From contig NZ_CP179200.1 in the NCBI RefSeq assembly GCF_051201565.1, positions 420,001 to 452,000 on the forward strand: a stretch of 32,000 nucleotides of DNA, in the 5' to 3' direction. Within the stretch, counting starts at the first letter, position 1. Each line of letters opens with the position of its first letter. Below the pieces are notes generated by a model. That model worked only from the letters and a program-made list of their open reading frames with translations, was not told the DNA's origin and made no database searches. Below, piece by piece: positions 1 to 10,539 of this stretch. Both the position numbers and the translations under genes were made by a program. This DNA comes from Pseudothioglobus sp. nBUS_23. GTDB lineage: Bacteria > Pseudomonadota > Gammaproteobacteria > PS1 > Pseudothioglobaceae.

Positions 1-8
1 CTTGTATT

Positions 9-37
9 TATAATGTAATTACAATATAATTACATTA
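9..37 (+). promoter_or_regulatory. Putative promoter/operator of the TA operon: two TATAAT hexamers inside a 10-bp inverted repeat
   Basis: TATAAT occurs at 9-14 and 25-30. The inverted repeat is TAATGTAATT (11-20) / AATTACATTA (28-37) with a 7-nt spacer. TGTAATTACA (14-23) is itself palindromic. The right arm ends on the A of the antitoxin ATG (37). Type II antitoxins typically autoregulate through such palindromes. The -35 region would lie off the window. Confidence 0.4.
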
Positions 38-243
38 TGGCTAAAATCATTCAAATAGGCAATTCACAGGGTATCAGAATACCTAAGCCACTTATTGCAC
101 TGGCTAATCTTGAGGGCAAAGAGCTTGAATATGTTGTGATGGATAGTGGTCTACTGATTACTCCAGAAAAAAAAGTTCGAGTGGGTTGGGAAAATGATAC
201 TGATAATCTGAGCGTTGAATGGGAGTGGAGTAAGACCCCATGA
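37..243 (+). CDS. mazE: AbrB/SpoVT-fold (MazE-like) type II antitoxin, 68 aa
   Basis: The N-terminus IIQIGNSQGIRIPKPLI is the swapped-hairpin AbrB/MazE DNA-binding motif. The stop overlaps the downstream toxin start (ATGA at 240-243). Confidence 0.75.
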   Translation: MAKIIQIGNSQGIRIPKPLIALANLEGKELEYVVMDSGLLITPEKKVRVGWENDTDNLSVEWEWSKTP

Positions 244-554
244 GGCGCTTTGAAGTCTGGCTCATTATGAAAAATCCAGAATTTGGGCGTGTAGTTGATA
301 ATCTTGGTCTGTGCACCATAGTCACTCCAGATGAGTTGAATAAACTGCCTAGTCTAATAGTTGCCCCTATGACTACATCATTTGAGTCAATACCCAGTCG
401 AGTCGAATGCATTTTTGAAGGGGCAAAAGGATTCATCATGATTGATCAAATTAGAACGATAGAAAAATTATGCTTTATCAAAAAATTAGGAGAGCTTGAA
501 AATGACGTTCAAATAAATTTATGTGATCGCTTTCAAGAGTTTTTTGCTTACTAA
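240..554 (+). CDS. mazF: PemK/MazF-family toxin (mRNA interferase), 104 aa
   Basis: Family-typical layout: FEVWLI..., ...LIVAPMTTS..., and the near-invariant DQIRTIEK motif. It has a 4-nt overlap with the upstream antitoxin. Confidence 0.75.
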   Translation: MRRFEVWLIMKNPEFGRVVDNLGLCTIVTPDELNKLPSLIVAPMTTSFESIPSRVECIFEGAKGFIMIDQIRTIEKLCFIKKLGELENDVQINLCDRFQEFFAY

Positions 555-603
555 CTAGGGCTGTGAGTATAATCATCTCATTTATAAATTATTCAACTTT
601 GAA

Positions 604-3204
604 ATGAAAACTGCTGAAATACGTCAGAAATTTCTAACTTACTTTGAGAGTCATGGACATTCAATTCAGCAGAGCGCCCCTTTAGTTCCTCATAATGACA
701 ATACTTTGCTTTTTGTTAATGCAGGAATGGTTCCTTTTAAAGATTTTTTTACAGGTGCTGCAAAGACACCCTTTAATAGGGCAGTTTCCTGTCAAAGATG
801 CGTTAGAGCAGGTGGAAAACACAACGACCTAGATAATGTTGGATATACAGCCCGCCACCATACTTTTTTTGAAATGCTTGGCAACTTCAGTTTTGGTGAC
901 TACTTTAAAAGTGAAGCTATACGTTTCTGCTGGGATTTTTTAACTGTAGAGCTTGGCCTTCCAAAAGATAAACTCTGGGTCAGTGTTTTTGAGGATGATG
1001 ATGAGGCTGCTAATATTTGGGTCAAAGAGATTGGCTTTCCTTTGGAAAGAATCTCTCGCTGCGGTGCAAAAGATAATTTTTGGCAAATGGGTGATACAGG
1101 GCCTTGCGGCCCTTGTAGTGAAGTCTTTTATGATCATGGAGATCATATAGAAGGTGGGCCACCTGGAACACCAGAGGAAGATGGCGACAGATTTATTGAG
1201 ATTTGGAATTTAGTCTTTATGCAATTTGACCGTCAGCAAGACGGCACCTTGGTTCCTTTAAAATCAACTGGAGTTGATACTGGAATGGGCCTTGAGAGGT
1301 TAGCTGCAGTGATTCAGCACGAAAATAATAATTATGATATCGATAGCTTTAAAGAATTAACGAATGCAGTTGCAGCACTAGTTCCAAACGAGCAAGGTAT
1401 CGAATCCACTCACGCATCAGTTAGAGTTATTGCTGACCATATCAGGTCAACTGCATTTATGATTGTTGATGGGATTAGCCCTTCAAATGAGGGAAGAGGT
1501 TATGTTCTAAGAAGAATTATTCGAAGGGCTATACGCCATGGGCACAAGTTGGGTATCAGTGAAATATTCTTCTACAAGTTGGTATCAGTACTTTCAAGCC
1601 AGAACAAGTTAGCCTATCCTGAACTTATTTCTAATCAGGGGCAAGTTGAGCAAACCCTCAAAAAAGAAGAGGAGCGTTTCATTCAAACTCTTGATACCGG
1701 AATGAGCATTCTTGAGAGTGCGATTGAAGATATTTCAGGAAGTGAAATTTCTGGTGAAGTGGCCTTTAAGCTTTACGATACTTATGGATTTCCTGTTGAT
1801 CTAACGGCTGATGTTGCTAGAGAGCGTGGTTTAACGATTGATATGTCAGGCTTTGATTCTGAAATGAATATTCAAAAAGAGCGTGCAAGAAAGGCTGGTG
1901 ACTTCGAATCCAAAAAATCATCAGTAGTTATAGAAAATCCAACAGAGTTTCTTGGTTATGACTACTTTGATAATAATGCTACTATTACTGCCATTATTAA
2001 AAATAATGAGCCTGTTAATGAACTTAGTGAAGGACAAGAGGCAATTGTTATTCTAGATCAAAGCAGCTTTTATGGAGAATCTGGAGGGCAGGTGGGTGAC
2101 CAGGGTAATTTATCCAATAAGAGCTCACAATTCAAAGTTTCGGATACTCAAAAGCAAGCATCAAGTGCTTTTGAGCATTTTGGCATTTTAGATTCAGGCT
2201 CTCTTAAAGTTGGAGATAAAGTCAATGCTATCGTAGATATTGAAAGACGAAAGAAGATTATGGGAAATCATTCTGCCACCCATCTTCTTCATGAGTCATT
2301 GAGACTTATCCTTGGTGACAAGGTCAATCAGAAAGGCTCTCTAGTTGAGCCTGATAAATTGAGATTTGATTTCTCTCATGACGAAGCTGTGTCCAAATCA
2401 AATCTTGATCAAGTGGAAGCTCTAGTAAACAAACAAATATTAGGAAATTCTGAAGTGATTACTGAGGAGACTGACATTGAGTCAGCCAAGAAAAAAGGCG
2501 CTGTGGCTCTTTTTGGCGAAAAATATGGAGAAAATGTTAGAGTTCTTTCAATGGGAGATGATAATTTTTCTGTTGAGCTTTGCGGTGGCACGCATGTTGA
2601 AAGATTGGGCGATATTGGAAGATTTAAAATTATTTCAGAGAGCGGCATAGCCTCTGGAATACGAAGGATAGAAGCAGTTACTGGTCTAGAAGCCTACAAG
2701 CTTGATAAGATTAATGAGGATAATTTGGACATGATTGCTAGCCTCACAAAATCTAATTCAGTTAATCTTCTTGAAAAGATAAAGCAGTTAATCTCTGATC
2801 AAAAAAGTCTTGAGAAGCAGATTGCAAATTTTCAAAAACAATTAGCGAGTGATCAGAGTGTTGATTTAATTTCCAAAGCTGAGAATATTAATGACATTAA
2901 GCTTCTTGCAACTGAAGTCTCGGGAGTTTCTGCTAAAGACTTAAGGGATCTTGCAGATAAATTAAAAGACAAGTTAGGAACCGCAGTCGTTGTTCTTGCA
3001 GTGGTGTCAGGAAAAAAAGTTTCACTTATCTCTGCGGTTACTAAAAACCTAACTGATAAATATCAAGCTGGTACTATCTTGAATCATGTAGCATCTCAAA
3101 TCGGCGGTAAAGGCGGAGGACGTGCCGACATGGCTCAGGGTGGAGGTACTGATCCAGAGAAATTAAAAGATGCATTAAATTCTGTCAAAGATCTGATTGG
3201 ATAA
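604..3204 (+). CDS. alaS: Alanine--tRNA ligase
   Basis: 866 aa. The N-terminus TAEIRQKFLTYFESHGH...LVPHNDNTLLFVNAGM is collinear with E. coli AlaRS. Editing-domain HxxxH/CGGTHV motifs are present (HSATHLLH, LCGGTHV), as is the C-terminal DHHA1-like GGGGRADMAQGGG. Confidence 0.98.
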   Translation: MKTAEIRQKFLTYFESHGHSIQQSAPLVPHNDNTLLFVNAGMVPFKDFFTGAAKTPFNRAVSCQRCVRAGGKHNDLDNVGYTARHHTFFEMLGNFSFGDYFKSEAIRFCWDFLTVELGLPKDKLWVSVFEDDDEAANIWVKEIGFPLERISRCGAKDNFWQMGDTGPCGPCSEVFYDHGDHIEGGPPGTPEEDGDRFIEIWNLVFMQFDRQQDGTLVPLKSTGVDTGMGLERLAAVIQHENNNYDIDSFKELTNAVAALVPNEQGIESTHASVRVIADHIRSTAFMIVDGISPSNEGRGYVLRRIIRRAIRHGHKLGISEIFFYKLVSVLSSQNKLAYPELISNQGQVEQTLKKEEERFIQTLDTGMSILESAIEDISGSEISGEVAFKLYDTYGFPVDLTADVARERGLTIDMSGFDSEMNIQKERARKAGDFESKKSSVVIENPTEFLGYDYFDNNATITAIIKNNEPVNELSEGQEAIVILDQSSFYGESGGQVGDQGNLSNKSSQFKVSDTQKQASSAFEHFGILDSGSLKVGDKVNAIVDIERRKKIMGNHSATHLLHESLRLILGDKVNQKGSLVEPDKLRFDFSHDEAVSKSNLDQVEALVNKQILGNSEVITEETDIESAKKKGAVALFGEKYGENVRVLSMGDDNFSVELCGGTHVERLGDIGRFKIISESGIASGIRRIEAVTGLEAYKLDKINEDNLDMIASLTKSNSVNLLEKIKQLISDQKSLEKQIANFQKQLASDQSVDLISKAENINDIKLLATEVSGVSAKDLRDLADKLKDKLGTAVVVLAVVSGKKVSLISAVTKNLTDKYQAGTILNHVASQIGGKGGGRADMAQGGGTDPEKLKDALNSVKDLIG

Positions 3205-3241
3205 AGATAATACTTATAGTGATTCCAGTATAACTAAATCA

Positions 3242-4123
3242 ATGCACTGGAATCAAATCTCTTTTGAAGTCAATAAGCAGCAAGCTGATCTAGTCTCGGA
3301 GATTTTAATGGGTCTTGGGAGTATTTCAATCTCTTATTCTGATAGCCAAGACAATGCAATCTTTGAACCTCCTGTCGGGGAGACTCCTCTTTGGGAGTCA
3401 ATTCAAGTTAAAGCCCTATTCCAATCAGAAGTGGATATTAATCTAGTTGCTGACACATTAAGTGAGAGCTGTAATATTAAAATAATTGACTCTTTAAAAG
3501 TAGAGGATAAAATTTGGGAGGAGGAGTGTCAAAAGGATTTTCCCTCTATGCAGTTTGGAAAAAATCTTTGGGTCTGCCCATCATGGGATTCAAAAAAAAT
3601 GAGTTCAGAAGATGCAATAGTTATTAACATGGACCCTGGATTAGCCTTTGGAACTGGGACTCATCAAACGACAAGTCTATGTTTAGAATTTTTGGATGAA
3701 AATCCTCCAATTGGTTTAACTGCCATTGATTTTGGTTGTGGTACAGGAATTTTAGCTATTGCCGCTGCAAAATTAGGCGCCATAAGGGTTACAGCTATAG
3801 ACAATGATCCTCAGGCTGTAACTTCAAGTTATGAAAATGTTAAAAAAAATCATTGTGAAGATATCGTTAAAACTCTTCATACAGCTGAAAATTTTAAATA
3901 CAAGCCTTGCGATTTATTAATGGCCAATATACTTGCTAACCCTATCATTGAGTTTGAGCCTTTATTTTCAGAAATAGTCAAACCCAATGGGACTATTGTT
4001 CTATCAGGAATTCTTGAGGAGCAAGTCGAGAAAGTTATAGATTGCTATTCCAAAAATTTCAATAATATTAAAACTGAGAATAAGAGTGAGTGGTTCAGAA
4101 TTAGTGCTTCAAGAATCACCTAA
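3242..4123 (+). CDS. prmA: Ribosomal protein L11 methyltransferase
   Basis: SAM-binding motif DFGCGTGILAIAAAKLGA and the IDNDPQAV motif. Starting at ATG 3242 (MHWNQISFEV...) gives 293 aa, matching the usual PrmA N-terminus and length. The track start at 3197 overlaps alaS and adds 15 non-conserved residues. Confidence 0.9.
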   Translation: MHWNQISFEVNKQQADLVSEILMGLGSISISYSDSQDNAIFEPPVGETPLWESIQVKALFQSEVDINLVADTLSESCNIKIIDSLKVEDKIWEEECQKDFPSMQFGKNLWVCPSWDSKKMSSEDAIVINMDPGLAFGTGTHQTTSLCLEFLDENPPIGLTAIDFGCGTGILAIAAAKLGAIRVTAIDNDPQAVTSSYENVKKNHCEDIVKTLHTAENFKYKPCDLLMANILANPIIEFEPLFSEIVKPNGTIVLSGILEEQVEKVIDCYSKNFNNIKTENKSEWFRISASRIT

Positions 4124-4138
4124 GAAATAGAATGGTCC

Positions 4139-4339
4139 TTAACCCCCGCCAACAGCATTAATGACCTCAACCCTATCTGAGCTCTTTAAGAGGTAAGACT
4201 GATGTTTCGACTTTGGAATAATTGCCTCATTAACTTCGATGGCGATTCTTATATTTTTATAACCTAATTCAGCAATAAGATCTTGGATATTTGAATCTTC
4301 TGGAATTGATATTTCTTCACCATTGACAATTATTTTCAC
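4139..4339 (-). CDS. thiS: ThiS-family ubiquitin-like sulfur-carrier protein (66 aa, GTG start)
   Basis: MKIIVNGE...IEVNEAIIPKS...DRVEVINAVGGG. Length, beta-grasp pattern and the C-terminal Gly-Gly are typical of ThiS. No thiG or thiF is adjacent. Confidence 0.85.
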   Translation of the reverse strand: MKIIVNGEEISIPEDSNIQDLIAELGYKNIRIAIEVNEAIIPKSKHQSYLLKSSDRVEVINAVGGG

Positions 4340-4368
4340 AAATGTATAGAGTTTGTTTATTAAATTAA

Positions 4369-4396
4369 ATTATAACATTGGTTTGTGAAATTCAAG
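4369..4396 (-). promoter_or_regulatory. Putative sigma70 promoter for thiS
   Basis: The minus strand reads cTTGAAT-(15/16 nt)-TATAAT. The -10 is the complement of 4369-4374 and the -35 region is the complement of 4390-4396. The -10 lies about 30 nt upstream of the thiS GTG (4339). Confidence 0.4.
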
Positions 4397-4416
4397 ATAA
4401 TTTAATGATAAACACA

Positions 4417-4425
4417 TGGTAAAAT
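4417..4425 (+). promoter_or_regulatory. Putative extended -10 promoter for carAB (TGgTAAAAT)
   Basis: TGGTAAAAT at 4417-4425, about 36 nt upstream of the carA TTG start. It is followed by a strong SD (AAGGAG, 4448-4453). No convincing -35 is present. Confidence 0.35.
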
Positions 4426-4460
4426 TTCCCGTGTTTTGAACCCCAAAAAGGAGTAATACT

Positions 4461-5582
4461 TTGCCTCAAATTGCCATATTAGCACTAGAAGATGGCAAAG
4501 TTTTTTGGGGGAAATCAATTGGTTCTATTGGTCACACAGTTGGTGAAGTAGTCTTTAATACTGCAATGACAGGTTACCAAGAAATTCTGACTGACCCATC
4601 CTATTGTCAACAGATAGTAGCTCTAACCTATCCTCACATTGGTAACACAGGAATCAACATAGTTGATGAGGAGTCTTCTAATGTCTATGCATCAGGACTC
4701 ATCATCAGGGATCTGCCTTTAGTGCAAAGTAATTGGCGCTCAGAGATGAGTCTCGATAATTACCTTTCGAGCAATAATATTGTTGCGATATCTAATATCG
4801 ACACGCGCGCCCTGACAAGACATCTGAGAATCAATGGAGCACTCAAAGGCTGCATTATGGCAGCAAATTCAATAAACTCAGATTTAGCAATTCAGTATGC
4901 AAAAGATTTCGCTGGCCTTAAAAATATGGATCTGGCAAAAGTTGTTTCTACCTCCAAAACCTACTCCTTTAATCAAGGAACATTTGATATTGCTAATTCC
5001 ACTTTTAATAAAGAGCCTTCTAAATTTAAAGTAGCTGTTTACGACTATGGTGTGAAGAAAAATATACTAAGAATGCTGGTAGATAGGGGATGTGAACTGA
5101 CGGTTTTTAACGCACAAGCCTCACTTCATAACCTGCTAGCTATGAATCCGGATGGTGTTTTTCTCTCTAATGGTCCTGGAGACCCTGAGCCATGCGACTA
5201 TGCAATTCAAAATATTAAAGAATTACTAGAGAAGAATATTCCCATCTTTGGAATATGTCTTGGGCACCAGCTTTTATCCCTGGCATCTGGCGCCAGAACA
5301 GAAAAAATGAAGTTTGGCCATCACGGCGCAAATCATCCTGTTCAAGATTTAAAGTCTGAAAGAGTGATGATTACTTCGCAAAATCATGGCTTTGCAGTCT
5401 CTGAAAAAGACTTGCCCGAATCGATTGAGATTAGCCATCGCTCATTATTCGATCAAAGTATTCAGGGGATAAGAGTTAAGAATAAACCTGCATACAGTTT
5501 TCAAGGTCACCCAGAAGCATCACCTGGCCCACATGATGTTAGTTACTTGTTTGATGAATTTATAGAGCTTATGAAACAATGA
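4461..5582 (+). CDS. carA: Carbamoyl-phosphate synthase small (glutaminase) subunit
   Basis: 373 aa. TTG start preceded by AAGGAG; E. coli carA is also known to initiate at UUG. Class-I amidotransferase catalytic motif GICLGHQLL. Confidence 0.97.
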   Translation: MPQIAILALEDGKVFWGKSIGSIGHTVGEVVFNTAMTGYQEILTDPSYCQQIVALTYPHIGNTGINIVDEESSNVYASGLIIRDLPLVQSNWRSEMSLDNYLSSNNIVAISNIDTRALTRHLRINGALKGCIMAANSINSDLAIQYAKDFAGLKNMDLAKVVSTSKTYSFNQGTFDIANSTFNKEPSKFKVAVYDYGVKKNILRMLVDRGCELTVFNAQASLHNLLAMNPDGVFLSNGPGDPEPCDYAIQNIKELLEKNIPIFGICLGHQLLSLASGARTEKMKFGHHGANHPVQDLKSERVMITSQNHGFAVSEKDLPESIEISHRSLFDQSIQGIRVKNKPAYSFQGHPEASPGPHDVSYLFDEFIELMKQ

Positions 5583-5613
5583 ATCTTAACTTTTCATTTT
5601 ATTTTATTTAGAT

Positions 5614-8600
5614 ATGCCTAAAAGACAGGACATTAAAAGTATTCTAATCATCGGAGCAGGGCCAATTGTCATAGGACAGGCTTGTGAGTTTGATTATTCT
5701 GGCGCACAGGCATGCAAGGCTCTTCGTGAAGAGGGTTACAGAGTTATTCTGGTTAATTCAAATCCTGCCACCATTATGACTGACCCCAAAATGGCTGATG
5801 CAACCTACATTGAGCCAATTGAATGGAAAACTGTTGAGAAAATCATTGAAAAAGAGAAACCTGATGCACTTCTTCCAACTATGGGTGGGCAAACAGCTCT
5901 GAATTGTGCATTAGATCTTGATCGTCATGGTATTCTTGAAAAACACGGCGTTGAGATGATTGGTGCAAATAAACAGGCAATTGATAAGGCTGAGGATAGA
6001 GAATTGTTTCGCCAGGCGATGCTCAAAATTGGTCTTGACATGCCTAAGGCAGCCATCGCACATTCTCTTGAAGATGCCTTAAAAGTTCAAGAGGAAGTCG
6101 GCTTCCCGACAATCATTCGGCCCTCATTTACAATGGGTGGCTCTGGAGGAGGCGTTGCTTTCAATAAGGAGCAATTTGTTGAGATATGTCAACGTGGCTT
6201 AGATCTATCTCCAACCAATGAGTTGCTCATAGAAGAGTCTATTCTTGGATGGAAAGAGTTCGAGATGGAGGTAGTTAGAGATAACAAAGATAACTGCATT
6301 ATCATCTGCTCAATAGAAAACTTTGACCCAATGGGTATTCATACTGGAGACTCGATTACAGTTGCACCAGCTCAAACGCTGACCGATAAAGAGTACCAGA
6401 TTATGCGCAACGCTTCACTCATGGTGCTCAGAGAAATTGGAGTTGACACTGGAGGTTCAAACGTACAGTTTGCTGTCAATCCCGATAACGGTAGATTGAC
6501 AATTATTGAAATGAATCCAAGAGTCTCCAGATCTTCTGCTTTAGCATCAAAAGCGACTGGTTTTCCTATTGCAAAAGTAGCAGCTAAGCTTGCCGTGGGA
6601 TATACACTAGACGAACTTGATAATGATATTACTGGGGGAAAGACTCCTGCGTCATTTGAACCTTCAATTGATTACGTCGTTACTAAGATTCCAAGATTCG
6701 CTTTTGAAAAATTCCCCCAGGCAGATGACAGGTTAACAACCCAAATGAAGTCAGTTGGCGAAGTCATGGCTATGGGGTCAACCTTCCAGGAGTCTCTTCA
6801 AAAGGCACTTAGAGGACTCGAGACTGACAAGTCCGGCCTCGACCCAATAATAGATATTACTGCTGATGACTCTAAAGCAAAAATAAGAAGCGAACTTCTC
6901 TCTGCTGGTGCGGAAAGAATATTCTATTTGGCAGATGCCTTTAGAATGGGTATGACTCTTCAAAATGCATTCGAACTATCAAAGATTGACCCATGGTTTT
7001 TGGCTCAAGTCGAAGACATTGTTTTGTCAGAAAAGTCAATCGAAGGTAAAGAGATTGAGGATATCCAACCTGAAACCATTAGAGAACTGAAGCAAAAAGG
7101 TTTTTCTGATAAGAGGTTATCTGAAATCTTGAATTGTACTGAAGAGGTCTTTCGTAAAAAGAGACTAGCACTTGATATTCAACCTGTTTTCAAAAGGGTG
7201 GATAGCTGCGCGGCTGAATTTGACACTGAAACTGCTTATCTTTACTCAACTTATCAGTCAGAGTGTGAGGCAAACCCATCAGATAACAAAAAAATAATGA
7301 TTTTAGGCGGTGGTCCAAATAGAATAGGACAAGGCATTGAGTTTGACTACTGCTGTGTGCATGCTTCTTTGGCGCTTCAAAAAGTTGGCTATGAAACTAT
7401 CATGGTTAACTGTAACCCAGAAACGGTCTCTACCGACTATGATGTCTCAGATAGGCTTTATTTTGAGCCACTGACACTTGAGGATGTGCTCCAGGTTATC
7501 GAAATTGAAAAACCTGAAGGCATCATTGTACATTATGGTGGGCAAACTCCACTGAAGCTTGCAGCAGCCCTTGAAAAGAGTGGTGCAAATATTATTGGGA
7601 CTAGTCCTGATTCTATTGATTTAGCTGAAGATAGAGAACGTTTTCAGAAGATGATTCAAAAGTTAAATCTTAAGCAGCCAGTGAATGATACTGCAAGATC
7701 TCAAGATGAAGCAGTAGAAATAGCTAACTCGATAGGTTTTCCTTTAGTTGTTAGGCCATCTTACGTCTTGGGCGGTCGGGCAATGGAAATTGTTTATGAT
7801 AATGATAGCCTAGAGCGTTATATGACAACTGCTGTCAAGGTATCCAATGATTCCCCTGTCCTTCTTGACTCATTCTTAGATCATGCAATTGAGGTGGATA
7901 TCGATGTCATTAGTGATGGAAAAGACATTGTTATTGGCGGCATAATGGAGCATATTGAGCAAGCAGGCATTCATTCAGGAGATTCAGCTTGCTCGCTTCC
8001 ACCACATTCTCTACCCTCAAGTGTTCTTGATGAAATGAGAAGACAAGTCAAGCTAATGGCGAAAGAATTGAAAGTTATTGGGCTAATGAATACTCAGCTT
8101 GCATATCAGGATGAAGAAATTTATGTGATCGAGGTCAATCCTCGAGCTTCGAGAACAGTTCCTTTTGTATCAAAAGCTACTGGAGCTCCCTTGGCGAATA
8201 TTGCTGCGAGAGTGATGGCTGGAATTTCTTTGGAAGAGCAAAACTTTACGAGTGAAATTATACCTGTGCACTATTCTGTGAAGGAGTCAGTCTTTCCATT
8301 TAATAAATTTTTAGGAGTAGATCCATTTTTGGGTCCAGAGATGAGATCAACTGGCGAGGTGATGGGTGTTGGAAAAGACTTTCCTTCAGCTTTCGACAAG
8401 GCCTTTCTTGCAGCCGGTGATGTAGTTCCTACAAGCGGAAAAGTTCTTGTGAGTCTTAGAACACTAGATCGTGGAAGATTAGTTGAACTCGGTGAAAGGC
8501 TTATCAGTCAGGGTTTCGAGATTGTTGCTACACGTACAAACCAAGAAATACTCTCACAAGCTGGTCTTGAATGTACAATGGTAAATAAAGTTTCAGAAGG

Positions 8601-8823
8601 GTCTCCGCACATTGTTGATGCTATTAAAAATGAAGAAATCAGCCTTATTATTAATTCCACAGATGATACTCAAGGCCTAGAAGACGCTACAGTGATTCGA
8701 TGTCAAGCATTGATCCATAAGATACCTTGCACTACAACAGTTGCTGCTGCCTTCGCAATGCTTGATGGATTGAAAACCCAAGATAAGTTAGTTGTTAGGT
8801 CCTTACAATCTATTCATAATTGA
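5614..8823 (+). CDS. carB: Carbamoyl-phosphate synthase large subunit
   Basis: 1069 aa. Duplicated ATP-grasp halves ([21 protein letters not shown] and [21 protein letters not shown]) and a C-terminal MGS-like allosteric domain. Confidence 0.98.
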   Translation: MPKRQDIKSILIIGAGPIVIGQACEFDYSGAQACKALREEGYRVILVNSNPATIMTDPKMADATYIEPIEWKTVEKIIEKEKPDALLPTMGGQTALNCALDLDRHGILEKHGVEMIGANKQAIDKAEDRELFRQAMLKIGLDMPKAAIAHSLEDALKVQEEVGFPTIIRPSFTMGGSGGGVAFNKEQFVEICQRGLDLSPTNELLIEESILGWKEFEMEVVRDNKDNCIIICSIENFDPMGIHTGDSITVAPAQTLTDKEYQIMRNASLMVLREIGVDTGGSNVQFAVNPDNGRLTIIEMNPRVSRSSALASKATGFPIAKVAAKLAVGYTLDELDNDITGGKTPASFEPSIDYVVTKIPRFAFEKFPQADDRLTTQMKSVGEVMAMGSTFQESLQKALRGLETDKSGLDPIIDITADDSKAKIRSELLSAGAERIFYLADAFRMGMTLQNAFELSKIDPWFLAQVEDIVLSEKSIEGKEIEDIQPETIRELKQKGFSDKRLSEILNCTEEVFRKKRLALDIQPVFKRVDSCAAEFDTETAYLYSTYQSECEANPSDNKKIMILGGGPNRIGQGIEFDYCCVHASLALQKVGYETIMVNCNPETVSTDYDVSDRLYFEPLTLEDVLQVIEIEKPEGIIVHYGGQTPLKLAAALEKSGANIIGTSPDSIDLAEDRERFQKMIQKLNLKQPVNDTARSQDEAVEIANSIGFPLVVRPSYVLGGRAMEIVYDNDSLERYMTTAVKVSNDSPVLLDSFLDHAIEVDIDVISDGKDIVIGGIMEHIEQAGIHSGDSACSLPPHSLPSSVLDEMRRQVKLMAKELKVIGLMNTQLAYQDEEIYVIEVNPRASRTVPFVSKATGAPLANIAARVMAGISLEEQNFTSEIIPVHYSVKESVFPFNKFLGVDPFLGPEMRSTGEVMGVGKDFPSAFDKAFLAAGDVVPTSGKVLVSLRTLDRGRLVELGERLISQGFEIVATRTNQEILSQAGLECTMVNKVSEGSPHIVDAIKNEEISLIINSTDDTQGLEDATVIRCQALIHKIPCTTTVAAAFAMLDGLKTQDKLVVRSLQSIHN

Positions 8824-8826
8824 TCT

Positions 8827-9303
8827 ATGGAAACAATACCAATAACGGTTAGTGGCGCTAAATTTCTTGAAGATGAGTTACTCAGACTCAAGGATGAGGA
8901 GCGCCCAAGAATAGTGAATGACATTGCCACAGCTAGAGAGCATGGAGACCTAAAAGAAAATGCTGAATATCACGCTGCAAAGGAAGAGCAAGCCTTTGTT
9001 GAAGGAAGAATTCAAGAAATAGAGTTCAAATTATCTCGTTTGCAAATTATTGATGTAAAGCAATTGAATCAAGATGGTCGCTGTGTGTTCGGAACGACTG
9101 TCAATTTATTAAATTTGTCTGACGATAGCGAAATCATCTATCAAATTGTTGGTGAGGATGAGGCTGACATTGAAAAAGGCAAAATTTCTTGCCATTCTCC
9201 TATAGCTAGAGCCTTAATGGGAAATGAAGAAGGCGACGAGGTCACTGTAAATGCACCCAAAGGCGACATAAGATACGAAATTCTTGACGTCCAATACCTG
9301 TAG
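8827..9303 (+). CDS. greA: Transcription elongation factor GreA
   Basis: 158 aa. Coiled-coil tip [20 protein letters not shown]. The carAB-greA linkage is conserved in gammaproteobacteria. Confidence 0.96.
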   Translation: METIPITVSGAKFLEDELLRLKDEERPRIVNDIATAREHGDLKENAEYHAAKEEQAFVEGRIQEIEFKLSRLQIIDVKQLNQDGRCVFGTTVNLLNLSDDSEIIYQIVGEDEADIEKGKISCHSPIARALMGNEEGDEVTVNAPKGDIRYEILDVQYL

Positions 9304-9358
9304 CACAATTCAATTACAGCTAACAATTTTTTAATTTTTTTCTTTGTCTTCATTTTTT

Positions 9359-9386
9359 AATTCTGTGTAGAATTGTAATTTTTTTT
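9359..9386 (+). terminator. Weak candidate intrinsic terminator after greA
   Basis: AATTCT-gtgt-AGAATT (9359-9374) followed by gtaaTTTTTTTT. The stem is only 6 bp and AT-rich. Confidence 0.25.
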
Positions 9387-9403
9387 CTGAATGGAATTTA
9401 AGA

Positions 9404-10531
9404 ATGCCAGGTTTACTTCCCAATATTGATCCAGATGGACTTCTAGAGTATTCAGTAGTCTATACAGATAGATCACTCAATCACATGTCTAGCTCATTTC
9501 AGCAAGCAATGAATGACGTCTCATCATCGCTCAAAACAGTTTATAACGCAGAATCGGTAGTGCTTGTACCTGGCGGTGGAACCTATGGCATGGAGGCTGT
9601 TGCTAGGCAATTTGCCAATGACAAAGATTGCTTAGTCATAAGAAATGGTTGGTTCAGTTATCGTTGGTCTCAAATTTTAGAGGTTGGAAAAATTCCATCA
9701 AAATTAACTGTTTTGAAAGCAACTCGTAAAAATCCTGGTAGTCAAGAGCCATTTTCTCCAGTAGATATTGATGAAGTTGTTCATAAAATTAAATCTGAAA
9801 AGCCAGCCATAGTTTTTGCACCTCATGTTGAAACATCAGCAGGCATCATTCTTCCTGATGAATATATAAAAGCTGTCTCTGAGGCAGTCCATTCTGTTGG
9901 AGGCATGTTTGTATTGGATTGTATTGCATCTGGCGCTATATGGGTTGATATGCAGAAATGTGGTGTCGATATTTTGGTTAGTGCGCCGCAAAAAGGCTGG
10001 AGCGCATCTCCAGCATTTGGCATGGTCATGTTATCTTCAAATGCGTCTGAGAGGATACACGAAACTCAAAGCACAAGCTTCTCATGTGATCTTCTAAAAT
10101 GGCTTCAAATGATGCAGGCTTATGAAAATGGTGGGCATGCCTATCATGCTACTATGCCGACAGACGCAATCAAACACTTCAGAGACACCATAAATGAAAC
10201 GGCTGAGTTTGGTTTTGATAATGCTAGAGATAAACAACAAGAGCTTGGAGATAGGGTTAGGTCTCTACTAAAAAAACATGGTTTTATCAGCGTTGCTGCA
10301 GATGGCTTTTTAGCTCCAGGAGTCGTTGTCAGTTTCACCTCAGACAAGGGTTTGCATAATGGATCTAAGTTTAAAGATTTAGGTATGCAAATTGCTGCTG
10401 GTGTTCCGCTTCAATGCGATGAAGGAGAGGACTATCAAACATTTCGTCTTGGGCTTTTTGGTCTAGACAAGCTCAAGGATGTAGATTCAGCAGTCAAGAG
10501 ACTTGAAGAGGTATTTAATCAATTAAAATAA
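9404..10531 (+). CDS. Class V (AGXT/serine-glyoxylate type) PLP-dependent aminotransferase; substrate unknown
   Basis: 375 aa. Fold-type I class V pattern: GGGTYGMEA glycine loop, Asp in FVLDCIASG, and the PLP-lysine motif SAPQKGW. Confidence 0.8.
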   Translation: MPGLLPNIDPDGLLEYSVVYTDRSLNHMSSSFQQAMNDVSSSLKTVYNAESVVLVPGGGTYGMEAVARQFANDKDCLVIRNGWFSYRWSQILEVGKIPSKLTVLKATRKNPGSQEPFSPVDIDEVVHKIKSEKPAIVFAPHVETSAGIILPDEYIKAVSEAVHSVGGMFVLDCIASGAIWVDMQKCGVDILVSAPQKGWSASPAFGMVMLSSNASERIHETQSTSFSCDLLKWLQMMQAYENGGHAYHATMPTDAIKHFRDTINETAEFGFDNARDKQQELGDRVRSLLKKHGFISVAADGFLAPGVVVSFTSDKGLHNGSKFKDLGMQIAAGVPLQCDEGEDYQTFRLGLFGLDKLKDVDSAVKRLEEVFNQLK

Positions 10532-10539
10532 CCATTTAT

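Noticed and set aside
940-1150. Two 65-68 aa ORFs (940-1146 on the minus strand, 953-1150 on the plus strand) inside alaS; similar ORFs at 2409-2648, 6778-6963, 9141-9353, 9823-10029, 9897-10097, 10144-10347 and 11155-11361
   Set aside because: They are shadow or alternate-frame ORFs lying wholly or almost wholly within strongly supported conserved genes (alaS, carB, greA, the aminotransferase, GNAT). Their translations are low-complexity with no motifs.
3197-3241. N-terminal extension of prmA overlapping the alaS stop
   Set aside because: The extra 15 residues are not conserved. Met at 3242 (MHWNQISFEV) matches the canonical PrmA N-terminus and a 293-aa length. The longer form cannot be strictly excluded.
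4340-4460. TPP riboswitch for thiS, or ARG-box/pyrimidine operator for carAB
   Set aside because: No conserved TPP core elements occur on the thiS strand. The near-palindrome TGAAATTCA (4386-4394) lacks the spacing of an ARG box (TGAAT-4W-ATTCA). A covariance-model scan would be needed to be definitive.
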